A stretch of DNA of 58,949 nucleotides, taken from positions 1 to 58,949 of the IMG/VR virus record IMGVR_UViG_3300032086_003047; one strand, written 5' to 3'. Of this stretch, positions 51,901-58,949 are shown one piece after another (position 1 is the stretch's first letter; every line of letters begins with the position of its first letter). Origin of the DNA: a virus. Its lineage: Duplodnaviria > Caudoviricetes. Position numbers and translations under genes: made by a program. The notes under the pieces are model-generated. The model did no database searches and was not told the DNA's origin. It saw only the letters and a list, made by a program, of their open reading frames with translations.

Positions 51901-53623
51901 CTCCTAATAATAATGGAGAATCTGATGCTAGATATCTATCTACTTTAGTAAATGGTCTGTATACAGGTGTAGGATTAGCATATAGGTCATTGCCTGAATA
52001 ACCTTGAGTAACAAACTTGTAGCTTACATTTGGACCTTCACCACCAAGATAACTTTGACCTGGAGCATATTTATATTGATCTGCAGTTGCCCAATCAGCA
52101 TTTACATCTGGGTCTTGTTGATTGTAAGGATTTATTGCATCGTGTTCTTCTGGAATTGTATCCCAGTTTCCAGTATTGTATGAATTAGATGTACCATCGC
52201 TATTATAAATATCAAATGATGTACCTCCTGCAACTTTACTTCGATAAGCCCTTGCATCAAAATCAATATCAAATATGGGTTCTTTGATATTTGCCGCAAC
52301 TAATCTATCATCTTTGGATGTTAATGTTTTGGCTACTAATGGATTGGTTAATGCGTTGTATTCTACTGTTGTTATTGGAAGATCGTCTTCTGATCCATCA
52401 TGTATTACAGTAAGTGTTCCATTACTTGGTACAAATTCTTCTTTGAACTTATATACTACTGGATTGTCTCTTGTGCTCCATAGTATGTAGTAATGCTCAA
52501 TTACATCGTAGTCAGTATCAATTCCTTCGATCGTATATGTAACTGGTCCACCAGATGCATTGTTTATACTATCTGCTCCTATAAATGCTGTACCACCACC
52601 TGCTCCGTGATGAGTTGTCGAAGGTGAATCATTTTTTGTAAGCGTAACTAATGTTGATGCAGGTGAGAATATTGTAGTATTTCCTTGGGTTTGATTGATA
52701 AGTCTGTATGCATATTGTACAGTAGAACCTGCAGGAATAGATCCTGTTCCAACACCCAATGATTGTATTACAGGTTTTGATAAACTTACATCTGATACTA
52801 TGTCCAGGTTTCCAGGAGGTAGTATCCATAAGTTATCATCGAATATATTTATCGATCTAAGCGGATTGTAATTATCAGTGAAATATACACGTCCTATCTT
52901 ATCTGTTTCATACCGTGTAATTGGTTCTTCTATACGATGATGAGTGGATAATCTTAGTTGATTGTTATAGATGAGGTGTGTAGATGGTACAAGTAATCCA
53001 CCTACTACGCCTTCAACTGTATTTGAATACTCATTGTATTTAAGCTTCCATATCTGATCTCCCGTACTTGATGTAGGATTTTCTGCAGTTTCAGATGTTG
53101 TAAATACAACTATCCATTGATCCAGATATCCCATTCCACATATCTTGAGATTGCTTTGAGCTTCAGCTACAGTTGTCAATGTACAGTCTGTACCTACTAC
53201 AGTTACAGTGAGTGGTGAATTTAATCCGATGAAGTATACAAAGTTATCATCTTCTATCAGCTTAAGTGTATTTGCTGTAATCAATGCTTGTATAGTAGCA
53301 TTAGCATTCAGGAATGCAAATAGGTCTGCATTTGTTAGAATATTATCTGAAGCTGTATACGATATTGGTGTTCCAAGAACATCTATTGTTTCACTACCAG
53401 CTACTGCATCTACATCAGTTCGTCTTAGCTTATACGATCTGGATGTACTAGGAATCTTAAATGTCAGTTTGTTACCTCTTTCATTTTCAAGAGCTCCTGT
53501 AGAAGAACCGTCCTCAGTAACTACTTTAAAGTTATGTGCTTCAAAGTAAGAAGTTTGTTTGTATTTCAGTTTAGACGTGTCCTGATCAATACCACCTATA
53601 TATGTTTGTTTTGCTTTAGGCAT
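48995..53623 (-). CDS. tail stabilisation / muzzle protein (crAss-like, P22 gp10-related)
   Basis: N-terminal GGIDQDTS...GALENERGN, YFTDNY.PLR, RGEVYRFGI, FGGD; beta-rich; position between ring and cargo genes. Confidence 0.75.
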   Translation of the reverse strand: MPKAKQTYIGGIDQDTSKLKYKQTSYFEAHNFKVVTEDGSSTGALENERGNKLTFKIPSTSRSYKLRRTDVDAVAGSETIDVLGTPISYTASDNILTNADLFAFLNANATIQALITANTLKLIEDDNFVYFIGLNSPLTVTVVGTDCTLTTVAEAQSNLKICGMGYLDQWIVVFTTSETAENPTSSTGDQIWKLKYNEYSNTVEGVVGGLLVPSTHLIYNNQLRLSTHHRIEEPITRYETDKIGRVYFTDNYNPLRSINIFDDNLWILPPGNLDIVSDVSLSKPVIQSLGVGTGSIPAGSTVQYAYRLINQTQGNTTIFSPASTLVTLTKNDSPSTTHHGAGGGTAFIGADSINNASGGPVTYTIEGIDTDYDVIEHYYILWSTRDNPVVYKFKEEFVPSNGTLTVIHDGSEDDLPITTVEYNALTNPLVAKTLTSKDDRLVAANIKEPIFDIDFDARAYRSKVAGGTSFDIYNSDGTSNSYNTGNWDTIPEEHDAINPYNQQDPDVNADWATADQYKYAPGQSYLGGEGPNVSYKFVTQGYSGNDLYANPTPVYRPFTKVDRYLASDSPLLLGDKNLDGSNVEYPRGGEIKNMASAKINGVLRGYARGEVYRFGITFYDLKGNPSFVKWIGDIKFPEIFDTTDDATSGITNTYKLINFNSGVSNLFSLGIEFSVDISSIADKISGFSIVRVQREEEDKTRLGTGLVMHFNHEDNGNSLTSVFNAQYSQDVKSTNIDIDGSGEPCITLMDRPGFTDWHSAGTPLSDDSHSRSLATFCSPLGPFRLASNYKFRRRDYIQTTGYYNGYAEVFYDDFGNKSMGAWYKMREYAPATLINSAVYPTNNPDGYQKFLIDAEIQMTAAQSIGTTNPAFDNAGGRVNGQNFLINASYSRKSGSGTNVPLGMGNTKQLLVLNTDGSSTGLIPDNWWDAAQYPTGSVSGMFYDTAGASLPIDGKQEFLNLTGGTTAGRSDNFLKFKEASYNRFLLKQYGGDAYIDRSKSVYISTGHFQATAEVSSLGSNFTFKVFGGDMFVTYYDEEYITQYWSQVNPYDGPANSKLAVGLMYPCESSINTELRFGKHFSTDRDNVTPDMGAYQFEDYKILYAYNQENNVKTQFFAKDALVNLSEEQRFTIKVSNAKVDGELIDNWKIFLPLNELPVEGIHGQINKIVNLRSNVFFYQDSAVGVAAINDRVTQVSESGVEIVLGTGEVISDYSYMTTETGSIHQHSVVTSGGSIYHYDDRLKKMFRLSEGMQPISDIKGLSAFFGKIDGSLEENDVTLKNLGVHGMYDRRHNRVLMTFLNYKIYDSTIANKTYEVGDIIFFGGIYYRVTTAFTAPDPPLVPSTDPNLQPIVDKFGNNTFLNGFTLSYNEMMNAFESFHDYKPNIYLHTGRRLLSVNSFTNDGEVFEHDVDDYGKFYNDYYNSKITLILAPGADIIKVFDNIEYNAEISIDDIDAPNEALKQMRFYNDYQDTGIIPLTLGTNVIRRMRKYRSTIPRDATDPAASPKPRMRDSYIFLELEFENNANNRRLVLHDIEVSFRPANM

Positions 53624-54531
53624 TATCTTGCATTATATATTCTACGTTCTTCACCTTCATTAAGGCTTCTAAATCCACTTCTATGTTCTTCAATGTTTGG
53701 TATAGTTCTAAGCCATTGGTTCTTTAATGCTTCCATTTGATCAATGGATGGAATTCTAGCTTTGATATTTGCAGATGCACAATAGAACAACCATTCCTGT
53801 TCTAGCTTATCAGCTATTGCTCCAGGCAATCTTCCTTGTATTGAAAGCTTTAAGGATATTCTATGTGCAAGATAATTCTTGCATGCTTCCTGATATCTTG
53901 TATCTGCAGGTATAAGCGGTAAGCCGTTTTCTGCAGTAGGTACTGCCCAGTATGCCATTTCTACCTGACCTTCTTTAAATGATGTGAAGATCTTACCTCC
54001 ATTTACTGTGTAGCTCAATTCCTTGTTATAATCTATTGTTTGCACTGATGGTTGATTCGCACCAAATGCTGTATTAGATGTAGGATTAGGATTGAAGTTG
54101 AAAAACGGATTACAATGTTTATTGTCATCTATTTCCGTTGATGGAGAAGCATCAATTACTTTATCTACACATCCACTACTAGTTGTGCAGTTGACCGTGT
54201 CTGGAGAATTCGAGATGTACAATCCCGCATGAAAATTATCTGTATTATGCAGCATTGGTATCTTAGAACAGAACTCTCTTGTTTGTACAATTACATGTAG
54301 GTCACAAGGAAGATCTCCTCTATGATTTTTTATTACAATAGGATCAGGATTACCAAGTGCAGTAGAACCATCTGTTACTTTTGGCATATATGCTCGTGGA
54401 GCTCCTATGAGATCTAATGCATCTGCAACCCATTCGATTGCATCATTCCAATCAAAATCTTCTTCAAATCCATAATCCCTGTATACTCTTTCTATAATCC
54501 CTTCTATGGGTACATATCTACCATTTAACAT
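53623..54531 (-). CDS. tail ring / tubular structural protein
   Basis: IEWVADALDLIG, LPCD, IFTSFKEG, ENGLPLIP, EQEW motifs recalled from crAss ring proteins. Confidence 0.65.
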   Translation of the reverse strand: MLNGRYVPIEGIIERVYRDYGFEEDFDWNDAIEWVADALDLIGAPRAYMPKVTDGSTALGNPDPIVIKNHRGDLPCDLHVIVQTREFCSKIPMLHNTDNFHAGLYISNSPDTVNCTTSSGCVDKVIDASPSTEIDDNKHCNPFFNFNPNPTSNTAFGANQPSVQTIDYNKELSYTVNGGKIFTSFKEGQVEMAYWAVPTAENGLPLIPADTRYQEACKNYLAHRISLKLSIQGRLPGAIADKLEQEWLFYCASANIKARIPSIDQMEALKNQWLRTIPNIEEHRSGFRSLNEGEERRIYNAR

Positions 54532-54541
54532 AACTTACGTT

Positions 54542-54859
54542 TTAATACATTGAATCACCTCCGCCAAGGTTATTAAATATTCCTTTTAAACTATCAATTG
54601 GTCCTTTCTCTTCTTTCTCTTCTTTTTCATCGTCAGCTAATGGATTTTCTGTAGATATCCATTCTTCTTGTTCGCTGAAGTATTCACCATCTTCTTTAGA
54701 ACCGTATTTGGTTTTACATATAATAAAGCCATTCGACACTTCCCTTACTTCTATCGAAGTACAGACACCGTCTTTTTCAGTTTTTACGGACCAAGACTTT
54801 TTTTTGTCTTTGTTTCCTTTCATCATACCATGCATAATTATCATATTATTATTATTCAA
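54542..54859 (-). CDS. hypothetical protein
   Basis: 105-aa ORF overlapping the upstream gene. Confidence 0.6.
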   Translation of the reverse strand: MNNNNMIIMHGMMKGNKDKKKSWSVKTEKDGVCTSIEVREVSNGFIICKTKYGSKEDGEYFSEQEEWISTENPLADDEKEEKEEKGPIDSLKGIFNNLGGGDSMY

Positions 54860-55343
54860 AAAAATCTATTTCAATATCTTCATCCTTAAGAGCTTTAGCT
54901 AAAGTTCTCTTGTTGAATCTAGACGGTATAAAACAATACGCAGAATGATTAGGAATGTTTGATGTTCTTTTTTCCCAGAACCATCTGTGCTGGTATCCGT
55001 TCGTATGATCGTTCAGATGAAATACTAGTTTCTTATTTTCTTTGGCTTCTTCGTTAGTAGACCATAGTTTCTTAGTACTTGCATAATCAATAAATAACCT
55101 GCTTTTATCTATAGTACCATCCGCATTTACTTTGATTTTTGGTTTGTATTTTCTTATGCGAAGTCTTCCTAACCTGTAAGGCATTCTGAATTCAAACGTG
55201 TTGAATATTATCATGTTTGAAATCTCTTTATAGAATTCCTTAATGATCTGTGTGAAGACACTATAACTAATAGGATTATCACTTGTATCTTCATAATACA
55301 AGTAAGCATCCTTTATTCCAAAATGTGTTTTATGCTTGGACAT
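54852..55343 (-). CDS. IHF/HU-like DNA-binding protein (crAss-like)
   Basis: Basic; FRMPYRLGRLRIRK...F.PSR.NKR.LAK HU/IHF-like pattern; ATG at 55343. Confidence 0.65.
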   Translation of the reverse strand: MSKHKTHFGIKDAYLYYEDTSDNPISYSVFTQIIKEFYKEISNMIIFNTFEFRMPYRLGRLRIRKYKPKIKVNADGTIDKSRLFIDYASTKKLWSTNEEAKENKKLVFHLNDHTNGYQHRWFWEKRTSNIPNHSAYCFIPSRFNKRTLAKALKDEDIEIDFFE

Positions 55344-56034
55344 TACCAACTACTTTACCGTCTCCATCATTTACGCTATCGCTTGGAGCCATTAATTTAA
55401 ATCTTAAATCACTTTTTACTATCTCAGCTTTCATGTAGTTTACCATACTTCTACTTACTGGATATTTTGAATCTTTTGAGTAACATACGTTTCCGTTCTC
55501 ATCTGTAAATGCTGCTACTTCTGTTGGATCTTCAAATACTCCTCTGATATTTACATGTGTGAGTAGTTTTGCTAATTCGTTATCTGTATTGAATTTTAAA
55601 TGAATTCTATCATTGAGTAAGAATGCATATACAGTACTTTGTGACAATCTGCCGTTTCCTGAGAAGATGGCTCGATTGTATGGTACAAAAGAGAATGGTC
55701 GTTGAGTTCTATTTACTGGACCTACTCTGGTAATTGCAGACGTATGATGCAGATCTATAGTATCAGGTATAGTTTTCTTTGTTCTAAGAATGCTACATCC
55801 TACAGGAAAATCTGTACAGCTTGATGCATCTGCTAATTCTAATTCAACACAACCCAGGTCTTGTACAAGATCATCATCTATAGATCTGAAACGATTCATT
55901 TCATTCTTTAACCATAATGCTCTTTGATTGTGTATCCAGTATTCTATCTGTCTTAAGTCCAATTCATCATCATCGGTTATATTACCTCTGATGAGCTCAA
56001 GCAAATCGTATGTGAGTTTATTTAGTGTAATCAT
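55330..56034 (-). CDS. tail ring / structural protein
   Basis: QRALW, QDLGCVEL, C.ILRT..IP, RGVFEDP, YP motifs recalled from crAss structural ring proteins. Confidence 0.65.
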   Translation of the reverse strand: MITLNKLTYDLLELIRGNITDDDELDLRQIEYWIHNQRALWLKNEMNRFRSIDDDLVQDLGCVELELADASSCTDFPVGCSILRTKKTIPDTIDLHHTSAITRVGPVNRTQRPFSFVPYNRAIFSGNGRLSQSTVYAFLLNDRIHLKFNTDNELAKLLTHVNIRGVFEDPTEVAAFTDENGNVCYSKDSKYPVSRSMVNYMKAEIVKSDLRFKLMAPSDSVNDGDGKVVGNVQA

Positions 56035-56633
56035 TTCTTAAACGGGTTTGTTATCTTAAAAGATACGCCAATATTATGAGTATTCAGTATAACATCATAC
56101 CTATAGTTGTATAGGATATCTTTTTTGGTTTTTAAACTGATCTTAGGACCTATTGAGAAGGTATTCATGTTTCCACCTACCTCTGCACCAACAAATACTT
56201 TATTACGTATTTGTTCTTTGATAGTTTCTTTATCAACTATCAACGTATCAACTCTTGTTATGTATTTTGGAAACTTTGGTGTGTAATCGAAATTCTGATC
56301 TATAATAGTACATTTAGGAAGCTCGATTGTCGTACTCAGGTCCCCTGAAATTAAAGAATCGTCTATTTCTGAATGATAGATTCTTACAGATAGATTGTCT
56401 TCTGTTGTAGTATCAATGTACTTGTATTTTACTATCTGTGTTGAGATAGTATCTGTGAATCGAATAGTATCTGTTTTACCTTTTCTGAATACTGTGTCTA
56501 CAGTGTGTATTACAAAATGACCATCAGTGCCATCTGGTTTAGGTTCGGATGAGCATTTTTCAAGTAGAAATAATATGAACATTCCTACTAGCATTGCCAG
56601 GAATAATATTCTTTCTCTTTTTCTTGCAATCAT
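56031..56633 (-). CDS. membrane-anchored / lipoprotein lysis accessory (spanin candidate)
   Basis: N-terminal TM followed by Cys; DT-rich middle; C-terminal amphipathic beta strands; next to the endolysin. Confidence 0.45.
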   Translation of the reverse strand: MIARKRERILFLAMLVGMFILFLLEKCSSEPKPDGTDGHFVIHTVDTVFRKGKTDTIRFTDTISTQIVKYKYIDTTTEDNLSVRIYHSEIDDSLISGDLSTTIELPKCTIIDQNFDYTPKFPKYITRVDTLIVDKETIKEQIRNKVFVGAEVGGNMNTFSIGPKISLKTKKDILYNYRYDVILNTHNIGVSFKITNPFKK

Positions 56634-56658
56634 CCATATACAGATTATTAAATTGAAA

Positions 56659-57126
56659 TTAGTCTTCCCAATTTAAATATTTAGTTCTTCCATTTATTTT
56701 ACACGCCTTCAATATGTTTTTTCTATTTCCTTCTTCTTTGTATGATACATGTATCCAGTTTGGATTATCATCAGTACCAAACTCCCAGATTAGCTGATCA
56801 AAATCCAGATTGTCCTTAATATAGTGAAACATTTGTGCATTAGTCTTATGACCATAGGTATCATCCAAGTCCATAGCCGCACCATTGTTTGCCATATGTT
56901 GTGACGATTTTGATCCACCAATACGTGTGTTAAGTTCTTCACTTCTAAAGCAACTATTAATTTTTATAGGTCCGCCAACCCATTCTCTTAATGGCTCAAA
57001 CAAATTGTTAGCCAAAAGAATGATCCTATCCATTTGACTTCGGTTAGGATCATTCTTTATGTCATTTCTTATAGCCGTTTGGCTATATGTAACTTCTTTA
57101 TAACTTACGTGGTTACTAACCTTCAT
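56659..57126 (-). CDS. endolysin, peptidase M15A family
   Basis: INSCFRS, SQHMANNGAAMD, DQLIWE, WIHVS. Confidence 0.88.
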   Translation of the reverse strand: MKVSNHVSYKEVTYSQTAIRNDIKNDPNRSQMDRIILLANNLFEPLREWVGGPIKINSCFRSEELNTRIGGSKSSQHMANNGAAMDLDDTYGHKTNAQMFHYIKDNLDFDQLIWEFGTDDNPNWIHVSYKEEGNRKNILKACKINGRTKYLNWED

Positions 57127-57313
57127 CTCCTTCTTTCTTAGGAGTTAGTCCAATTAAAGAATCTTTAGATCTCAAAAAGATCAAAGCTACTGCTCCAAGC
57201 TCCGCTGCTTCCATCTTTGTATGTTCTTTCGACATATACAAATAGACAGTGCCAGCTAATAGCAATACACCAATAATTGTAGTTATTAATCCACTTTTAA
57301 ATAATCGTTCCAT
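57116..57313 (-). CDS. putative holin
   Basis: 65 aa, two hydrophobic helices, charged tail, overlaps the endolysin start. Confidence 0.55.
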   Translation of the reverse strand: MERLFKSGLITTIIGVLLLAGTVYLYMSKEHTKMEAAELGAVALIFLRSKDSLIGLTPKKEGDEG

Positions 57314-57335
57314 GATTTTTAGTTTAATTAATCCT

Positions 57336-57644
57336 TCATAAAGTTAATAGATATTCTTCGAATTCCAGTATAACTTTATGTTTGAATCTCCAAGGTTGCT
57401 TGGAACATTCAACAATTTTTTTTATTTCAGCCTCTTCAAACTCTATTATTTCATCTGCTTTTGCTGCTTCAACTTTCTCTTCAATCTTTATACGAGATCT
57501 CATTTCAGAAGTTGTCCAGGCTCCATTTGCAGGTGGAGTATTCATACAGATCACTACTAGATCTCCATAAGTCATTTGTTTTAAATCTTGGTCATTTTCG
57601 CCTGCCATGACCAGCTCCGTAGATTTATTTTTGAATTTTACCAT
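57336..57644 (-). CDS. hypothetical protein
   Basis: 102-aa ORF. Confidence 0.6.
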   Translation of the reverse strand: MVKFKNKSTELVMAGENDQDLKQMTYGDLVVICMNTPPANGAWTTSEMRSRIKIEEKVEAAKADEIIEFEEAEIKKIVECSKQPWRFKHKVILEFEEYLLTL

Positions 57645-57648
57645 TTTA

Positions 57649-58092
57649 TTAATTTTGACTTTTATTCATTAAAATTTGTACCATTCCCTTAATCTCAGAC
57701 GTATCAGTCTTGATTGCGGTGATTTGGTCGTTAATGTTCTTTATCTCAGTAGCGTTTTCTTTTTGAAACTCCTTTAGGTCGGTCTTTACTATGTCTACCC
57801 TTTTGTTCATAAGTTCAGTCAAATCTTTCATCTCTTCTTGAAGCTGCTTTCTTATACCAACCCTGCTGTGTTTAGCTGCTAACTGTTCTTCTTTAGCATC
57901 TGCTTGACAAGTATCAATATGTTTGTCAACCACTACCATTCTGTCTTTTAGCTTTTCTACAGAACCTTTCAGAGTAAACCAACCAGCTAATGCACTAACT
58001 AATAGCGTAACAATATAAATGACATCCTTCATGTTGAAATGAACATCATCCATTCCATTAACAACTTCTCCTGTAGCCTGTAGTAAATCCAT
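57649..58092 (-). CDS. TM plus coiled-coil protein (holin/spanin-like candidate)
   Basis: Single TM (VIYIVTLLVSALAGWFTL) then a long coiled coil. Confidence 0.5.
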   Translation of the reverse strand: MDLLQATGEVVNGMDDVHFNMKDVIYIVTLLVSALAGWFTLKGSVEKLKDRMVVVDKHIDTCQADAKEEQLAAKHSRVGIRKQLQEEMKDLTELMNKRVDIVKTDLKEFQKENATEIKNINDQITAIKTDTSEIKGMVQILMNKSQN

Positions 58093-58310
58093 TATTCTTC
58101 TTCTTCAGAAAATAAACATTCAGCAGACCATTCAGTGAACAGTATTATTTGTTCAGGTATCCATATTTCGGGGTCTGCTATACCCAATACTGTTACCATA
58201 CACTCCAATATTTTTGTCCAATTGTGTTTGGTAATTCCGTCAACACATTGCTCTACTTCAGAGCCATAGTGATTGACTATCTTCTTTTGCATGCACTTAG
58301 TCCAACTCAT
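58092..58310 (-). CDS. hypothetical protein
   Basis: 72 aa, four Cys, TAATG-coupled to the next gene. Confidence 0.55.
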   Translation of the reverse strand: MSWTKCMQKKIVNHYGSEVEQCVDGITKHNWTKILECMVTVLGIADPEIWIPEQIILFTEWSAECLFSEEEE

Positions 58311-58313
58311 ATC

Positions 58314-58700
58314 TTACAACAATACTGTACTTGGGATGATTGCTATATCATCATCAGTCAAGTACCCATTAGAATTAGCTACTATTTCATCTTTAAGCCA
58401 TCCCTCTACTTTAGAGAATGCTCCAGCTTCTGCTTCAAGAGATGCTTGTTCTTCAACAGTCATTTCTCTAAAATAAGCAGATAACATATCTTTTATCTGG
58501 CCTGACATTGTTGGTTCAGGTGCTCCCTCTACTCCATTCCAGTAGTCATCTCTATCTGAAGGAGATAGAAAAACAAATAGAGGTCTGAACTCTATTCTTC
58601 TGCTACCAGCTATGAAACAAGTAGTCCAAGATATTGCAGCTCCTGATGGTATTGTTAAGCCATCAGTTCTGTTTAATTGTTTATTTATTTGTAATCCCAT
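58314..58700 (-). CDS. hypothetical protein, possible tail-fibre accessory
   Basis: 128-aa ORF downstream of a beta-rich gene. Confidence 0.6.
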   Translation of the reverse strand: MGLQINKQLNRTDGLTIPSGAAISWTTCFIAGSRRIEFRPLFVFLSPSDRDDYWNGVEGAPEPTMSGQIKDMLSAYFREMTVEEQASLEAEAGAFSKVEGWLKDEIVANSNGYLTDDDIAIIPSTVLL

Positions 58701-58714
58701 TTTATTATTTATTT

Positions 58715-58948
58715 TTAAAACTGATACCCATTTAATACTAAGTCAGTAACTGTTACATCACTTGCAGTGCTACTTTCAAATTCTATATCAAATACATCTC
58801 CTTGTGATGCAACTCCTAAAACACTAAATGATAATACCTGAGAATTACCAGATCTAATTTCAACTACTCCTACAGGAGCAGATATAGGTACACCATTAGC
58901 TCTTAACCTGCAAGTAATAAAAGCATTACCTATTTGAAGTACAGTTGC
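58715..58948 (-). CDS. C-terminus of a beta-sandwich protein (tail fibre/spike-like), truncated by the window
   Basis: Hand translation ATVLQIGNAFITCRLRANGVP...GDVFDIEFESSTASDVTVTDLVLNGYQF*. Confidence 0.55.
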   Translation of the reverse strand, partial: ATVLQIGNAFITCRLRANGVPISAPVGVVEIRSGNSQVLSFSVLGVASQGDVFDIEFESSTASDVTVTDLVLNGYQF

Positions 58949-58949
58949 A

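Noticed and set aside
5068-58484. Many short antisense or nested ORFs in the track (e.g. 6850-7110, 28254-28712, 53208-53549)
   Set aside because: They lie opposite or within well-supported genes, have shadow-frame composition and show no motifs
22322-58700. Stop-codon reassignment (TAG or TGA recoding), known in some crAss-like phages
   Set aside because: Giant late genes are intact and tightly packed in the standard code, and TAG and TGA serve as stops in several genes
1-58949. tRNAs, introns, inteins, homing endonucleases, integrase, DGR reverse transcriptase
   Set aside because: No cloverleaf or diagnostic motifs recognised, and core genes are uninterrupted; this is by eye only, so tRNAscan and HMM searches should confirm

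Overview
AT-rich 59 kb fragment of a crAss-like (Crassvirales-type, podovirus-like) phage genome. The host is most likely a Bacteroidota bacterium, and the standard genetic code is used. Two blocks converge at about 22.2 kb. The + strand (1-22.1 kb) holds a variable array of small genes joined by repeated junction motifs, including a spore photoproduct lyase-like radical SAM enzyme. It continues with a metallophosphoesterase, PolB, SF2 helicase, DnaB, Sak4-like ATPase, SSB, primase, RusA-like resolvase, rIIA/rIIB, a PD-(D/E)XK exonuclease and UNG. The - strand (22.3-58.9 kb) holds lysis genes, tail ring and muzzle/stabilisation proteins, an IHF-like protein, three cargo proteins and three giant ejection proteins, one being the virion two-barrel RNA polymerase (DFDID). 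I did not recognise capsid, portal or terminase genes. Main observations: (1) six ejected proteins (about 8,850 aa) contain only four cysteines, all terminal and arranged head-to-tail in gene order, suggesting a disulfide-linked ejection chain; (2) a promoter- and terminator-bounded U-rich small RNA candidate of about 110 nt is antisense to the start-codon motifs of the early genes; (3) the early genes form a cassette-like array with conserved junction repeats; (4) two cargo proteins are built from xxGG-delimited modules, one hiding an M15 peptidase. All family calls come from motif recognition by eye, not database searches.
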